This document shows positions 12,001 to 18,592 of a stretch of 64,000 nucleotides of DNA, in pieces (within the stretch, counting starts at the first letter, position 1; the number at the start of each line of letters is the position of its first letter). A program made the position numbers and the translations under genes. The stretch is from IMG/VR virus record IMGVR_UViG_3300042898_000852, positions 13,937 through 77,936 of that record; one strand, written 5' to 3'. This DNA is from a virus. The notes under the pieces are model-generated. The model did not search any database. It was not told the origin of the DNA and was given only the letters and a program-made list of their open reading frames with translations.

Positions 12001-12123
12001 AAAACAGGAAGAACTTGGTATGATCGAGGTGTTACAACGGCATCAGCCGGAAGAACTCTACAGAAAAATGCTACTGCGATCAGCAATTTTATTTTACAAA
12101 AGACAACCATCATACCAGAATAA
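1..12123 (+). CDS. Giant virion structural protein (baseplate/tail-associated), 5'-truncated, >4040 aa
   Basis: Open from the window edge. Contains FG-GAP-like propeller repeats (FGDAIAIS..LAVGAP, FGQSQAMS..LVVGAP, FGSAISIS..IVVGA), CBM5/12-like inserts (YxxGDIVxxNG) and GxGY..P.V.IEGNG.GA repeats typical of myovirus baseplate/tail proteins. Sits upstream of the fibre genes. Confidence 0.75.
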   Translation: MLCDKHVNIIKSIQFAKKSYTEFKNNFIKFAETATYNLDPVEFVDDILATMSKIKTQKDAFADSDMVGSGAYNLKEYIVEDTEITTFALNTKFNLTQLSRTAVYIYINNTQLTHGIDYTFNDTFGFVSISKSLAEGDVIQIKEYVSSSFCFIPPTPSKLGLYKTFIPSLFLDDTYVTPINVIQGHDGSITVAYGDFRDDVLLELEKRIYNNIKQVYTEDLFSQDAILGGYYGSSTYTKQELDSVISSEFLRWFSETNVDYLTNTFFDSEDSFTYTYSNMGDPTGQLNLPGWWRGVYTWLYDTDRPHRCPWEMLGFSQQPSWWEDQYGAAPYTKNNLLLWEDLASGIIRQGPRVGTYDRYKRATLLNHIPVDGDGNLLSPFESGAATNFVLYNNKGTFKFGDLAPVEYAWRSSSDYPFVIMLALCLMRPYEFIIETLDKSRIKVNKIGQTVNKNTNLFFKNSDIVIPTSGGNQTSGLVNYVVDYLRSRGLTESVLQKKIDNLDVNLSTRLSGFVDQSQQKYILDSKNPSASTSNIFLPQENYDINFNISAPISSPSYSAVVVEKLASGFKLFGYDISEPYFKYFEAVKSANDPLLSVGGVSENFIDWEANKIFGNGTIIRVSDIFYRCIKSHTSGIEFDAQFWQRIAKLPLVGAVEVFRRRTVNSAAVKELPYGTVFSSLQDIADFIIGYDAYLQSQGFEFTGYDGNLESAKDWITSIKELLFWSKHKWAESSLITLSPAAAKIELNIDIGVADNLLDSFYDYNILKVDGTILPVEFINVNREFKKITVDVVNDSDGIYFFRCYFVLKEHVTIFDDRTVFNDVLYDKPTGYRQERIKSRGFRTVDWDGDYTSPGFLFDNVNIQIWQPFTDYKLGDIVNYKSYNWTSLVNQQGAIQFKDSNWTKLDTTPAKGLISNFDVRVSQFEDYYNVDADGAGASQRELARHLIGYQTREYLQNLAEDNVTQFKLYQGFIREKGTANAVVKVFDKLSRITADSIVLDEEWAFNVGRLGGIDQLNEIEFEIVKDNLLVNPQAIVITNGPISKNSLDKYLRVNQTNFTRSLIPYSVDINPLTVYQGITRNAGYVKTDQIELFVRSREDILSLDISSLVENSHIWITFDNASWTVLRLNLNTALIIEDIVKDSTTSVITVTVSRKHGLTVDEIVGIKDIVNFTGFYKVVAVTDYTFGVQDGPGPVPSAPDISSIQYNIYQLTQSRFNSYQDLGDQTAALLKQGSKLWIDNTDATVGNWEVVEKQRLYVEKPITNFGATDPRNTGRAVVYADNLKQVITGIPSANSVMVYSETVTGLSVKEILQPETEFTNTTANSFGDAIAISPDNVWLAVGAPLASGVPSRFKGIYEDSYIDPLIPAASYRAGDIVLQNGKLWEATNDQQPGDGSTNTLNTLSVNFRNEDWKLVDVVYANSSGSLGPVKQGMVVLYKRKNNAWELQHTILSPRIEANEKFGSSISIGVSGANYYMSISAPGSLNDLGRVYLYKYTGTTAGSTTQILTFNGTSAVNYAVNTITFSRNHNYITGQLVRYLNGTYAGDDKSLATSPPPPEDYTILYAIRITDTVIQLATSVVNATTGTEIDLKDFGIDDSSSHTLISTATVGWKQMGDPEYRGLYTSSVSAIYSQGSKVWYEGRIYQALEDTYGDGTSLDLSTSNSWQVLDESVTEVSLPSNIALIDSGNVLPILQDSSTAILGSIYPLVTAGNFKLGEIYRIEDYGTTNFQLIGNNPAAGDGLTFKATGVGSGTGTARWISYQFAELIKAGDMFGQSQAMSRDGSVLVVGAPESDGIYIANYKGVWTDYQTYYEDDIVKYNGDYYRLVDYDPLTGGEADSSEDSTYITTSKNDVPTNSSLQGPWTFVSSEISNPSGKIFIYKRNTNDVYELAQTITAGSLIEISDVLNIDNLNTGDKFGAAVDIDYNGTTIIASSPQADVKSTDQGAVFVFKSAQSDTISYRLKQRLISHENYANEYFGSAISISPATEKIVVGASNASFNLFTIYDQGSTSFDNTNTTFSSDEGNTGQVYVFERKDQTYHLTEKLYVPDLQDWESFGSSVDCVGSVIAVGSPTYRDTVYRIGVNFTTTILLGASGNNALTVDVIIQDGVIVSAIAKDSGAGYTVSDFDDDTDAIEINGSADKARIKVQSMSAGTITKLFVSYGGSGYTGSAEVIETGQVRLFTKDTTKNPWNTIASRQDLTDIELFKNISIYDNETNVKISDIEIVDHYKLKILGAAEQELKFKTLYDPATYTNGTDQQEVDESQAWFEKHVGELWWDLSTAKWLLYEQGDISYRIGNWNQLAYGASIDVYEWVESKYLPSRWNVLADTTEGLAQGISGQPLYPDNTAYSVKILTNSSTGETTDTKYYYWVKNKNIVPKNVPGRRITALDVKSYIENPIGTGQPILSPIAADTLLAFNFESLISSNTALINIQYRKNLKALNSIHNEYQLLTEGVADSLPTETLEAKWIDSLVGYDLAGNIVPDAGIPIKQRYGLSFRPRQTMFKDRFAILKTVIININSVLKTRAFSDTLNFINLGSVDPEPSSVLNQYDVRVDTLTDLAEVGTTRVKKAVLRANIVDGEIDTIDITDSGFGYRNAPFVNIEGNGQGATARVTIDSQGRINSVTVLSKGRRYTSAVAEIRYFSVLVAQDSSINNYWSIYSWDDIRKTFFRSKSQAFNTSKYWEYIDWWQDGYGVTSRIVKEITDLYQEPSISVKVGDLIRIQEFANGGWAVLEKTDPTQGNILDNYILVGRKNGTINLIIDDLVSVQNIGYDNTIAFDADVYDINPTQELRNILKAAKEDIFTEDLRVEWNKLFFTSIRYAFVEQPYIDWAFKTSFLNATHNVGDLEQKINYKNDNLENFQEYIEEIKPYRTTIREYISKYTDRDISYSGTTDFDLPPEYSTQDGKILPIRSNSDRFTSYPWKWWTDNNGYVVTEITVSNGGADYTEVPSVIIEGNGTGATAQAFVANGSVVAVKVLTKGQGYTQAPSVSLVGGNGTSQSIAKAVATIGETAVRTFDLTVKFDRIAKQGIYQTFTKSEIFTATGVSAVFQLQYAPNRDKSKISITKNNQIVLNSEYTITLYTSTTDTYSLIKGKLIFNTTPTLGDIIEINYEKNVELFDSINRIENYYSPTDGMRGNELAQLMTGIDFGGVQIQGTTFDVTGGWDALPWFTDSWDSVESNSDFYYVADGSTIAVTLPFIPAAGEQISVYWKPSGTRIPGDIQTLGGTTNPQVIIESGITAPKTIRVDDPNWIQNWDSSNATNPNAQMPTFVGDGSTRVVEIGQYISVEPGDTLIFRKLDSDGSVTITDVNLLDTKLSGGSLSNISGAYQTANGLTAEEIVVDGDKFISPDQVPAPEENIPGQVLESVSIKVFHTYPQGSALIQNTIAYSDGVKFKYAIGINILENNSVIVYINKIKQELVQDYIIDYETNEVVFNYVPISTTIIEILAFGLGGIHLLDYQEFVADGATTLFLTKAIFSQTSSILVTVNGDAVDAGFLDSADFTDTLDKTLVQFGIAPAIDSVVKVVCLGPGLDADSTGQSIIRVNNQTIVYDGSTTRFVVDKFVNLSRASAVSNLLININGQQIKGPDTVLTVYDGTNNQITIGVDPIRFPGSITYPDIRVFVNNDPTIQVVDYTLNSGSNIITVRSDILDIGDVIRIVVTAFADYQIDSDEIVFTDAIMATLENNDDSTAKDIIEIVWFSEYPSMDIVADQFAGGKVQYQLSRTPINSNYVWVYVNGVRQTQDRDFSVSLPRGVVYLDVETTTEDDVKIVEFGNDVYRFPSAYEIYKDMLNIYHFKRYSRNDVKLAVALNYYDQSITVVNGDQLYDPTDRPVSGIVYINNERIEYLQKSGNVLTQLRRGSLGTAIAIIHEAGSFVTDSGPLETIPYNETQHRLDFVSDGSTLLVGPLDFVPTQGTRSSWYRGIDIATGGPNIPVTHGPCDQLEIFVAGTRLRKNPVDVFDEDLGPNGSKEIEAEFSVDGTSSYIRLTKAIPAGTRITVIRKTGRTWYDRGVTTASAGRTLQKNATAISNFILQKTTIIPE

Positions 12124-12126
12124 ATA
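12121..12126 (+). promoter_or_regulatory. TAAATA late-promoter-like motif, 4 nt before ATG 12131
   Basis: TAAATAcactATG; matches the core of the T4 late promoter TATAAATA and recurs before many genes here. Confidence 0.5.
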
Positions 12127-12130
12127 CACT

Positions 12131-12793
12131 ATGAATAATAATTTCAACGAGCTCGATATGCCCAACGAACAAAAACAACCAGAAAAAACACCCAACGAAA
12201 GTGGTGGATTCCACGTCGAAGGACACATAAAAATATTTGATCCCCAAACAGGCGAGGTATTTCAAGACAAACGCAATGCCATTCATTATGAAAATATGAG
12301 TGTGGCAATGGTCAACAGTCTTAGTAATCAAGGCCAAGGCTGGATTTATCAAATGGTTTTTGGCAACGGCGGAACCACAGTAGACCCAACTGGACTGATT
12401 AGCTATCTAACACCAAACACTGTAGGAGTTAACACCAGTCTGTATAATCAAACCTATGCCAAAGTGGTGGATAAAAATGCTACAGAAAATACAGATCCTA
12501 TTAGAAATAAAATGGAAATTAGGCATATAAGTGGAGCCACTTACAGTGATATTATTATTAGTTGTTTGTTAGATTACGGCGAACCAGACGGACAAGATGC
12601 ATTTGACAACAGTCAAGATATGAGTGGTAATTTTGTTTTTGATGAATTGGGTCTAAGATCGTATAGCGACAGCGGCACAGGCAAATTATTAACCCATGTG
12701 ATTTTTCACCCTGTTCAAAAATCTCTGAACAGACTATTACAAATTGATTATACAATTCGTGTACAGAGTTTAACTGGATTCACGGAGGTGTAA
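12131..12793 (+). CDS. Conserved virion/baseplate protein (hypothetical)
   Basis: Start reassigned from 12020 to ATG 12131 after the upstream stop. GHIKIFD...NAIHYEN and FDELGL...LLTHVIFHPVQKSLNR motifs; structural-block context. Confidence 0.6.
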   Translation: MNNNFNELDMPNEQKQPEKTPNESGGFHVEGHIKIFDPQTGEVFQDKRNAIHYENMSVAMVNSLSNQGQGWIYQMVFGNGGTTVDPTGLISYLTPNTVGVNTSLYNQTYAKVVDKNATENTDPIRNKMEIRHISGATYSDIIISCLLDYGEPDGQDAFDNSQDMSGNFVFDELGLRSYSDSGTGKLLTHVIFHPVQKSLNRLLQIDYTIRVQSLTGFTEV

Positions 12794-12796
12794 TAA

Positions 12797-14878
12797 ATGC
12801 CATATATTGTAAATTTTACTGATAACGAAAATAAGACACCGATCACGGTGTACGATAACACCTCAAACACAGATACCAGCTTGACATTTCCAGGAAGAAA
12901 TGTAACTGGGTATGGTCAGACTATTGGTCAAAATTTTCTAGCCCTGTTAGAAAATTTTGCAGGCCCGGCTCAACCAGTCAACCCTACTGAAGGACAGTTA
13001 TGGTTTGATACCAACACAAGAACACTACAAATCTATGACGGTGTTGGTTGGAAAGCAGCCAGCGACATTCAAAAGAGTGTTGTAGCTCCTTCTGTTGAAC
13101 AAAGCAAAGTTGGCGAACTTTGGGTAGATACCGTAAATCAACAATTATATGTTTTCTCAGGCACAGACTGGATTTTAGTTGGACCTAATTTTTCAACAGG
13201 ACTATTGAGCGGCCCGCTAGTTGAGCAGATTGTAGACACCAACAATATTACCAAAGTAGTTTTAACCTTTTATGTAGAAGATAAACCGGTTGTAATTATC
13301 AGCAAAGACAGTTTTACTCCAAAAAATTCTATCACAGGATTCCTTGCAGTAAGATCAGGAGTGAATATATCATCTACAACAGATCTAGGACTGGGTGGAT
13401 TTAGTCCCAAACTGTACGGAACAGCCACTTCAGCAGACGGATTAAATGTCAGTGGTGTGGTGATTGACAGCGGTAAATTTCTTAGATCGGATATCACTAA
13501 TACCACTGAATTTGGATTGAACATTAGAAACAACTCAGGTATCAATATCGGAGTAGACAGTTCATTTAATCTTTCTAATTCAGCTACCGCTGCTAAAATC
13601 TATAATTCCTCAGCAGGTAGCAGTATTGATATTCAACTGAACAGTGACGGTATACCTAACACAATATTACGAGTAATTGATAATAAAGTTGGAGTTAATA
13701 ATCTCAGCCCACAAGAATCGTTGGACATAATTGGTAACACTAAAATTAGTGGAAACTTGATTGTTGATAGCACAGTAGGAACCACTAATCTCAGCAATGG
13801 TTCAATTAGAACTGCTGGGGGACTAGCTGTAACCAAAAATGCATTAATCGGTACAACTTTAGAAGTAGTCGGAACTACTACCGCACGGAATATTGATCCA
13901 GCACTGAATGATACTTTTGAATTTGGTAGTGCTACCAAGCGTTGGAAAACAATCAGAGCACAGACTATTATTGCAGAAACTGTGGAAGGAGTACTTGGAG
14001 GAGATATCAGTGGTAATGCTGTTACTGCCACAAGTTTACAAAACACCACAGCATTCTCTATCACAGGAGACATAGCTTCAACGGCTCCAATAACTTTTAA
14101 CGGCAGCACAGGCGGTTATACAAAAACATTTAATACAACACTTTCTTCTTCTATCATTAGTAGTAAAGCAGAACCTATTCCTAATAGATCTAAAACAGAT
14201 GATTTTGTTTTGGTTTTTAGATCAAGTACCAGCGGCCTGCTTAAACAATCTAGAGATACATTTATAGCTGATTTAGGATTGCCAATTGGTGCTATTCTGC
14301 CTTATGCAGGTTCTAGTGCTCCTTATGGATTTTTGTTTTGCGATGGTGGCGAAGTAGAAAGAGGAAAATTTTCTGATTTGTACGATATCATTGGCACAAC
14401 CTACAACGGTGTTGATCCGTTAGTTGGAGTTAATACTTTTAGAATTCCCGATCTAAGAGGTAGATTTGCTCTAGGAAGAGATAATATGGACAACGGTATC
14501 ACAGTGCCTAACAGCACTGGTGGATATGTAGAAGGCGGTGGCGGCGCGGTAGGAAGAGTATCTGGAACTGAACCACAAAATATTGGTCAAGGCAGCGGTA
14601 CATCAACTCAAACACTGTTGATTAGAAATCTTCCAGATCATGAACACGATATGGTAGGTAGCACCGGCGGACAATATGCTGCGGTAAAATTAGACACCGC
14701 TTTGCCAACTGATTTTGGTGCATTTTTAGATGCAGGGCCAACAGCAGCAGGTAAATTCAATTACCTTCCTAATTCAGGGGGTATTAAAACTACAAATCCG
14801 TTAAGCGAAGCATTTTCATTAATGAATCCGTTTCTAACAATAAACTACATTATTAGGTCAGGACCTCCTGCATTCTAA
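12797..14878 (+). CDS. Tail fibre protein with C-terminal tail-collar domain
   Basis: PIGAILPYAGSSAPYGFLFCDG...LYDIIGTTY...FRIPDLRGRF tail-collar motif; C-terminal NPFLTINYIIR; N-terminal module shared with the next three genes. Confidence 0.8.
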   Translation: MPYIVNFTDNENKTPITVYDNTSNTDTSLTFPGRNVTGYGQTIGQNFLALLENFAGPAQPVNPTEGQLWFDTNTRTLQIYDGVGWKAASDIQKSVVAPSVEQSKVGELWVDTVNQQLYVFSGTDWILVGPNFSTGLLSGPLVEQIVDTNNITKVVLTFYVEDKPVVIISKDSFTPKNSITGFLAVRSGVNISSTTDLGLGGFSPKLYGTATSADGLNVSGVVIDSGKFLRSDITNTTEFGLNIRNNSGINIGVDSSFNLSNSATAAKIYNSSAGSSIDIQLNSDGIPNTILRVIDNKVGVNNLSPQESLDIIGNTKISGNLIVDSTVGTTNLSNGSIRTAGGLAVTKNALIGTTLEVVGTTTARNIDPALNDTFEFGSATKRWKTIRAQTIIAETVEGVLGGDISGNAVTATSLQNTTAFSITGDIASTAPITFNGSTGGYTKTFNTTLSSSIISSKAEPIPNRSKTDDFVLVFRSSTSGLLKQSRDTFIADLGLPIGAILPYAGSSAPYGFLFCDGGEVERGKFSDLYDIIGTTYNGVDPLVGVNTFRIPDLRGRFALGRDNMDNGITVPNSTGGYVEGGGGAVGRVSGTEPQNIGQGSGTSTQTLLIRNLPDHEHDMVGSTGGQYAAVKLDTALPTDFGAFLDAGPTAAGKFNYLPNSGGIKTTNPLSEAFSLMNPFLTINYIIRSGPPAF

Positions 14879-14888
14879 AGGATAAAAA

Positions 14889-16712
14889 ATGGCGTATTCG
14901 ATTAATAAAACAGACGGAACACTATTAGCTACTGTGGCTGATGGTCAAGTTGATGACCTAACAACTGACATTACCTTGATAGGAAAAAATTACAGTGGCT
15001 TTGGTGAATCGTTAAATGAAAATTTTATAAAACTTTTAGAAAATTTTGCAGGCACCGGTAGACCTGAGCATCCAATTAGGGGACAGCTATGGTTTGACTC
15101 TAGCGAAGCAAAACTAAAAGTTTACACGGGTACAGGATTTGTTCCAGTAAGCTCGGCTAGTATTTCAAATTCTCAGCCCAGTCAACCGGGTGCCGGAGAT
15201 CTATGGTTTAACAACATCAGTAAACAACTATACTTCTATGACGGTGTTAGTTTTATTTTGCTTGGTCCTGCTTATTCTCAGGCACAGGGACTTAGTGGAT
15301 TCAAAGTTGAAACTATTTTAGATTCGTTAAATGCATCCCGTGTTGTAACCTATCTATACAATAATGGAATTTTGTTAGGAATATTTGCCAAAGACACATT
15401 TACTCCTAAATTAAACATTGAAGGTTTTAGTGGAAGTATTATTCCTGGATTTAATGTCGGAACACTAGCGGGCATAAAATTCAATGTCACCGCAACCAAC
15501 GCAGATCGACTTGACACTGTCATTGCATCCCTTTATGCTCGACGTGATCAAGCAAACAATTTTGCAGAGCCGTTAATTATTACCAATAACAGCGGACTTA
15601 ATGTAGGAGCTGGAACTGAAGGAGCATTTAATGTTGCCGCCGGCAATGTGAGATTGTACAATACAGCTTCAAATAAAAATCTCAGTTTTGCTGTACAAAA
15701 GGGAGTTGTTAGCGAAACAGCTGTTAACATTATTTCACCAACTCGAGAAATAAAAATTTATGATGGGTTTACTGATAGTTTAACCACAGTTGGGGGTAAT
15801 CTAACAGTGGTAGGCGATCTTGTGGTTCAAGGAAATACAACCACAATCAATACCAGTGTACTTACTATTGAAGATAAAAATGTTGTTTTAGCCAGTCTTG
15901 GCGATAGTTCTTCCAATACCGACGAATATGCTGACGGCGGTGGAATTATTCTAAGGGGAAATAGTGACCATGAATTTACTTGGGATAAAAATGTTGGATG
16001 GTTTAGCACAGAAAATATTAATTTAGCCGCCGGACAAAATTATAAAATTGCTGGAAATACAGTGTTAACTTCAACACAATGTTTTTCAAGTTCTTTTCCT
16101 AATTTGAACAATGTGGGAACTTTGGTAAATTTATCAGTAGACAATATTTTTATAGACAATCAACGAATATCTACTATAAGTTCTTTAGATCTAGAACTAG
16201 CGCCAGATGGCAGCGGGAATATTGTATTAATTGGTTCACCTTTGCTGACGGGATTGATTACTACTAGTCAAAATTCACCTGTACAAACTACTGAAAATAC
16301 TGGATCAATTGGCACTGCATTGGGTGCTACTGAATTATCTGAAGCCACAAACAAGAAATATGTTTTGAATGTGGTAAGAACTCGATCACTAGTATTCAGC
16401 ATAGATGTATCAGATTTTCCAACTGACGGAGATATTGCTATAATTTTAACAAGTCTGGCTCCTGTAAACGAATATGAAAACGGCACATTAGCTAGAATTT
16501 TGTGTACAAGACTAGCAAATATAAGTTCTACTGCTACTACCAGTCTCGGAGCCCCGTCTACCGCTGAATTTGTTACCCCAACAGGCACTGCATTTGCTAT
16601 AACAAATCAAACAATTGTGAGTCCTATTACTGTTGGTGCTCAACCTATCAGCGTTTTTAGAACTGTTAAAACTTTTATACTACAGGCCGGTGTCTGGACA
16701 TTTAGCTCTTAA
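14889..16712 (+). CDS. Tail fibre-like protein
   Basis: Shared N-terminal module (GKNYSGFGESLNENFIKLLENFA...GQLWFD); GNLTVVGDLVVQGNTTTINT fibre-shaft motif. Confidence 0.7.
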   Translation: MAYSINKTDGTLLATVADGQVDDLTTDITLIGKNYSGFGESLNENFIKLLENFAGTGRPEHPIRGQLWFDSSEAKLKVYTGTGFVPVSSASISNSQPSQPGAGDLWFNNISKQLYFYDGVSFILLGPAYSQAQGLSGFKVETILDSLNASRVVTYLYNNGILLGIFAKDTFTPKLNIEGFSGSIIPGFNVGTLAGIKFNVTATNADRLDTVIASLYARRDQANNFAEPLIITNNSGLNVGAGTEGAFNVAAGNVRLYNTASNKNLSFAVQKGVVSETAVNIISPTREIKIYDGFTDSLTTVGGNLTVVGDLVVQGNTTTINTSVLTIEDKNVVLASLGDSSSNTDEYADGGGIILRGNSDHEFTWDKNVGWFSTENINLAAGQNYKIAGNTVLTSTQCFSSSFPNLNNVGTLVNLSVDNIFIDNQRISTISSLDLELAPDGSGNIVLIGSPLLTGLITTSQNSPVQTTENTGSIGTALGATELSEATNKKYVLNVVRTRSLVFSIDVSDFPTDGDIAIILTSLAPVNEYENGTLARILCTRLANISSTATTSLGAPSTAEFVTPTGTAFAITNQTIVSPITVGAQPISVFRTVKTFILQAGVWTFSS

Positions 16713-16730
16713 GTTAAATACATAAGGAGC
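16705..16730 (+). promoter_or_regulatory. TAAATA promoter in the loop of an SD-sequestering hairpin
   Basis: GCTCTTA (16705-11) pairs with TAAGGAGC (16723-30, one G bulged); TAAATA at 16715-20. Confidence 0.5.
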
Positions 16731-16736
16731 GAATCA

Positions 16737-18548
16737 ATGCCATACATCATAAACAAATATAACGGGTCAGAACTTGTTGTTCTTCAAGACGGAACTTTAG
16801 ATACTTCTACAAGTATTGGGTTACTTGGTAGAAATTATGTGGGCTACGGTGAAGTACAGAACGAAAATTTTCTATTTCTTTTAGAAAATTTTGCCGGAAC
16901 AAATCCTCCTGCTCGTGCGGTAGAAGGTCAAACCTGGTATGATAGTGTCAATAACAAATTAAATACCTATGACGGCACCAATTGGGTGCCTGTGGGAGCT
17001 GCTACAGCTTTGGAAAATGCACCTTCTGGACCAACTGAAGGTGCTCTTTGGTATAAAATTTCAACCAAACAATTGTATGTTTATTCTACTATATCAGGTT
17101 GGACGCTTGTAGGACCTGAGGGAGTATCTGGCTTTGGTGAAACACGGATCAAAGCAGCAATTTTAAGAGATGTTAACAGTATCAATCATGCAGTGTTATT
17201 GGTATTGGTTAATGATGAAGTATTGTCCATACACAGTTCAGATACTTTTACAATCAATGCTTTAGACGCTATTATTGGTTTTAATGAATTACAAAAAGGT
17301 GTTACACTGTCAACAAACACCGTAATCAACGGTAATCTTTTAGGTAATTCGTCCACTGCCACTAGATTACAAAACGGAAGATTTATCAACGGTGCTTATT
17401 TTGATGGTAACAATGATATTACTATTACTGCTAATACTCCTGCTATCCTTACTAGAGGCACATATTTAACAGGCAGTAATTTTAACGGCAGTGCAGCTGC
17501 CACTTGGTCAGTAGATGCATCGTCGATCAATACCATAGGTAAGGTAGTTGCTAGAGATAGCACAGGCAGTTTTGCAGGCGGCACAATCTCCGCAGATCAA
17601 TTTATTGGACCATTAACAGGCAATGTTACTGCAATATCTGGTACTAGTTCATTTTATAGTCTTGTAGCTAACAATATACAGGGTTTTACTTTCAGCGGGC
17701 TTGCAGCGCAGGCCAGCACACTAGCGCCCGGACGAGCCATTAATGGTGTGCAGTTTAACGGATCGCAAGATATTACAGTTACAGCCGCAGCTAACACCTT
17801 GAGTGGAACAACTCTAGCTGCTGGCATAATTGATTCATCGTTGACTTCGGTGGGAACATTAGCAGGTGTCTCAGTTACTGATGCAGGAGCAACCATAGGA
17901 GATGCAGGAGAAATACATTTTTTTATAAATGGAAACGCTCCTACTTTAGCTATTACTAATGGTCTGGGTCTTACAATCACTATCAATGATGCGTTTCAAA
18001 CCGGCGATGAAGCAAGTTTTGAGTTTATTTCAAGCTCTGTAGCACTTGCTGCCGGCGGCACATCAGATCCTACTTTTGTAGGAGATGCTAACAGTAAATG
18101 TAATATAGGACTACCGGGACGAACGTTTGGCAGCGTATATGCAGATATTTTTAACGGTGTTGCCACCAGCGCACAATATGCTGACTTGGCTGAAAATTAC
18201 ACAGCAGATGCAGAATATGCCCCGGGTACAGTGCTAGAATTTGGTGGTGAATTTGAAGTTACACTGGCACAAGATGGTACTAACAGAGTAGCAGGAGTTG
18301 TCACTACAAATCCTGCTTATTTAATGAACAGTAACTGTCAAGGAACATATGTGGCAGCTGTGGCTTTACAGGGAAGAACACCTTGTAAAGTTAGAGGCCT
18401 GATAAGAAAGGGCGATATGTTGATCAGCGGTGGAAACGGGTTTGCTAGAACTACCCAAACTCTACAAATGGGCACTGTTATAGGCAAAGCACTGGGTGAT
18501 TTCGATGGCATAGAAGGCATAATCGAAGTTGCTGTGGGTAGATTATAA
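16737..18548 (+). CDS. Tail fibre protein with C-terminal intramolecular-chaperone/autocleavage-like domain
   Basis: Shared N-terminal module; RxINGxxFDG/FNG.DIT repeats; TSAQYADLAENY...GVVTTNPAYLMN...VALQGRTPCKV C-terminal domain. Confidence 0.75.
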   Translation: MPYIINKYNGSELVVLQDGTLDTSTSIGLLGRNYVGYGEVQNENFLFLLENFAGTNPPARAVEGQTWYDSVNNKLNTYDGTNWVPVGAATALENAPSGPTEGALWYKISTKQLYVYSTISGWTLVGPEGVSGFGETRIKAAILRDVNSINHAVLLVLVNDEVLSIHSSDTFTINALDAIIGFNELQKGVTLSTNTVINGNLLGNSSTATRLQNGRFINGAYFDGNNDITITANTPAILTRGTYLTGSNFNGSAAATWSVDASSINTIGKVVARDSTGSFAGGTISADQFIGPLTGNVTAISGTSSFYSLVANNIQGFTFSGLAAQASTLAPGRAINGVQFNGSQDITVTAAANTLSGTTLAAGIIDSSLTSVGTLAGVSVTDAGATIGDAGEIHFFINGNAPTLAITNGLGLTITINDAFQTGDEASFEFISSSVALAAGGTSDPTFVGDANSKCNIGLPGRTFGSVYADIFNGVATSAQYADLAENYTADAEYAPGTVLEFGGEFEVTLAQDGTNRVAGVVTTNPAYLMNSNCQGTYVAAVALQGRTPCKVRGLIRKGDMLISGGNGFARTTQTLQMGTVIGKALGDFDGIEGIIEVAVGRL

Positions 18549-18550
18549 TA

Positions 18551-18591
18551 AATCTACTCAGATAAATAATAGAATAATATTGGAGTAGATT
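18551..18591 (+). promoter_or_regulatory. TAAATA promoter in the loop of an SD-sequestering hairpin
   Basis: Perfect 9-bp inverted repeat AATCTACTC (18551-59) / GAGTAGATT (18583-91) overlapping SD GGAG; TAAATA at 18563-68. Confidence 0.6.
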
Positions 18592-18592
18592 G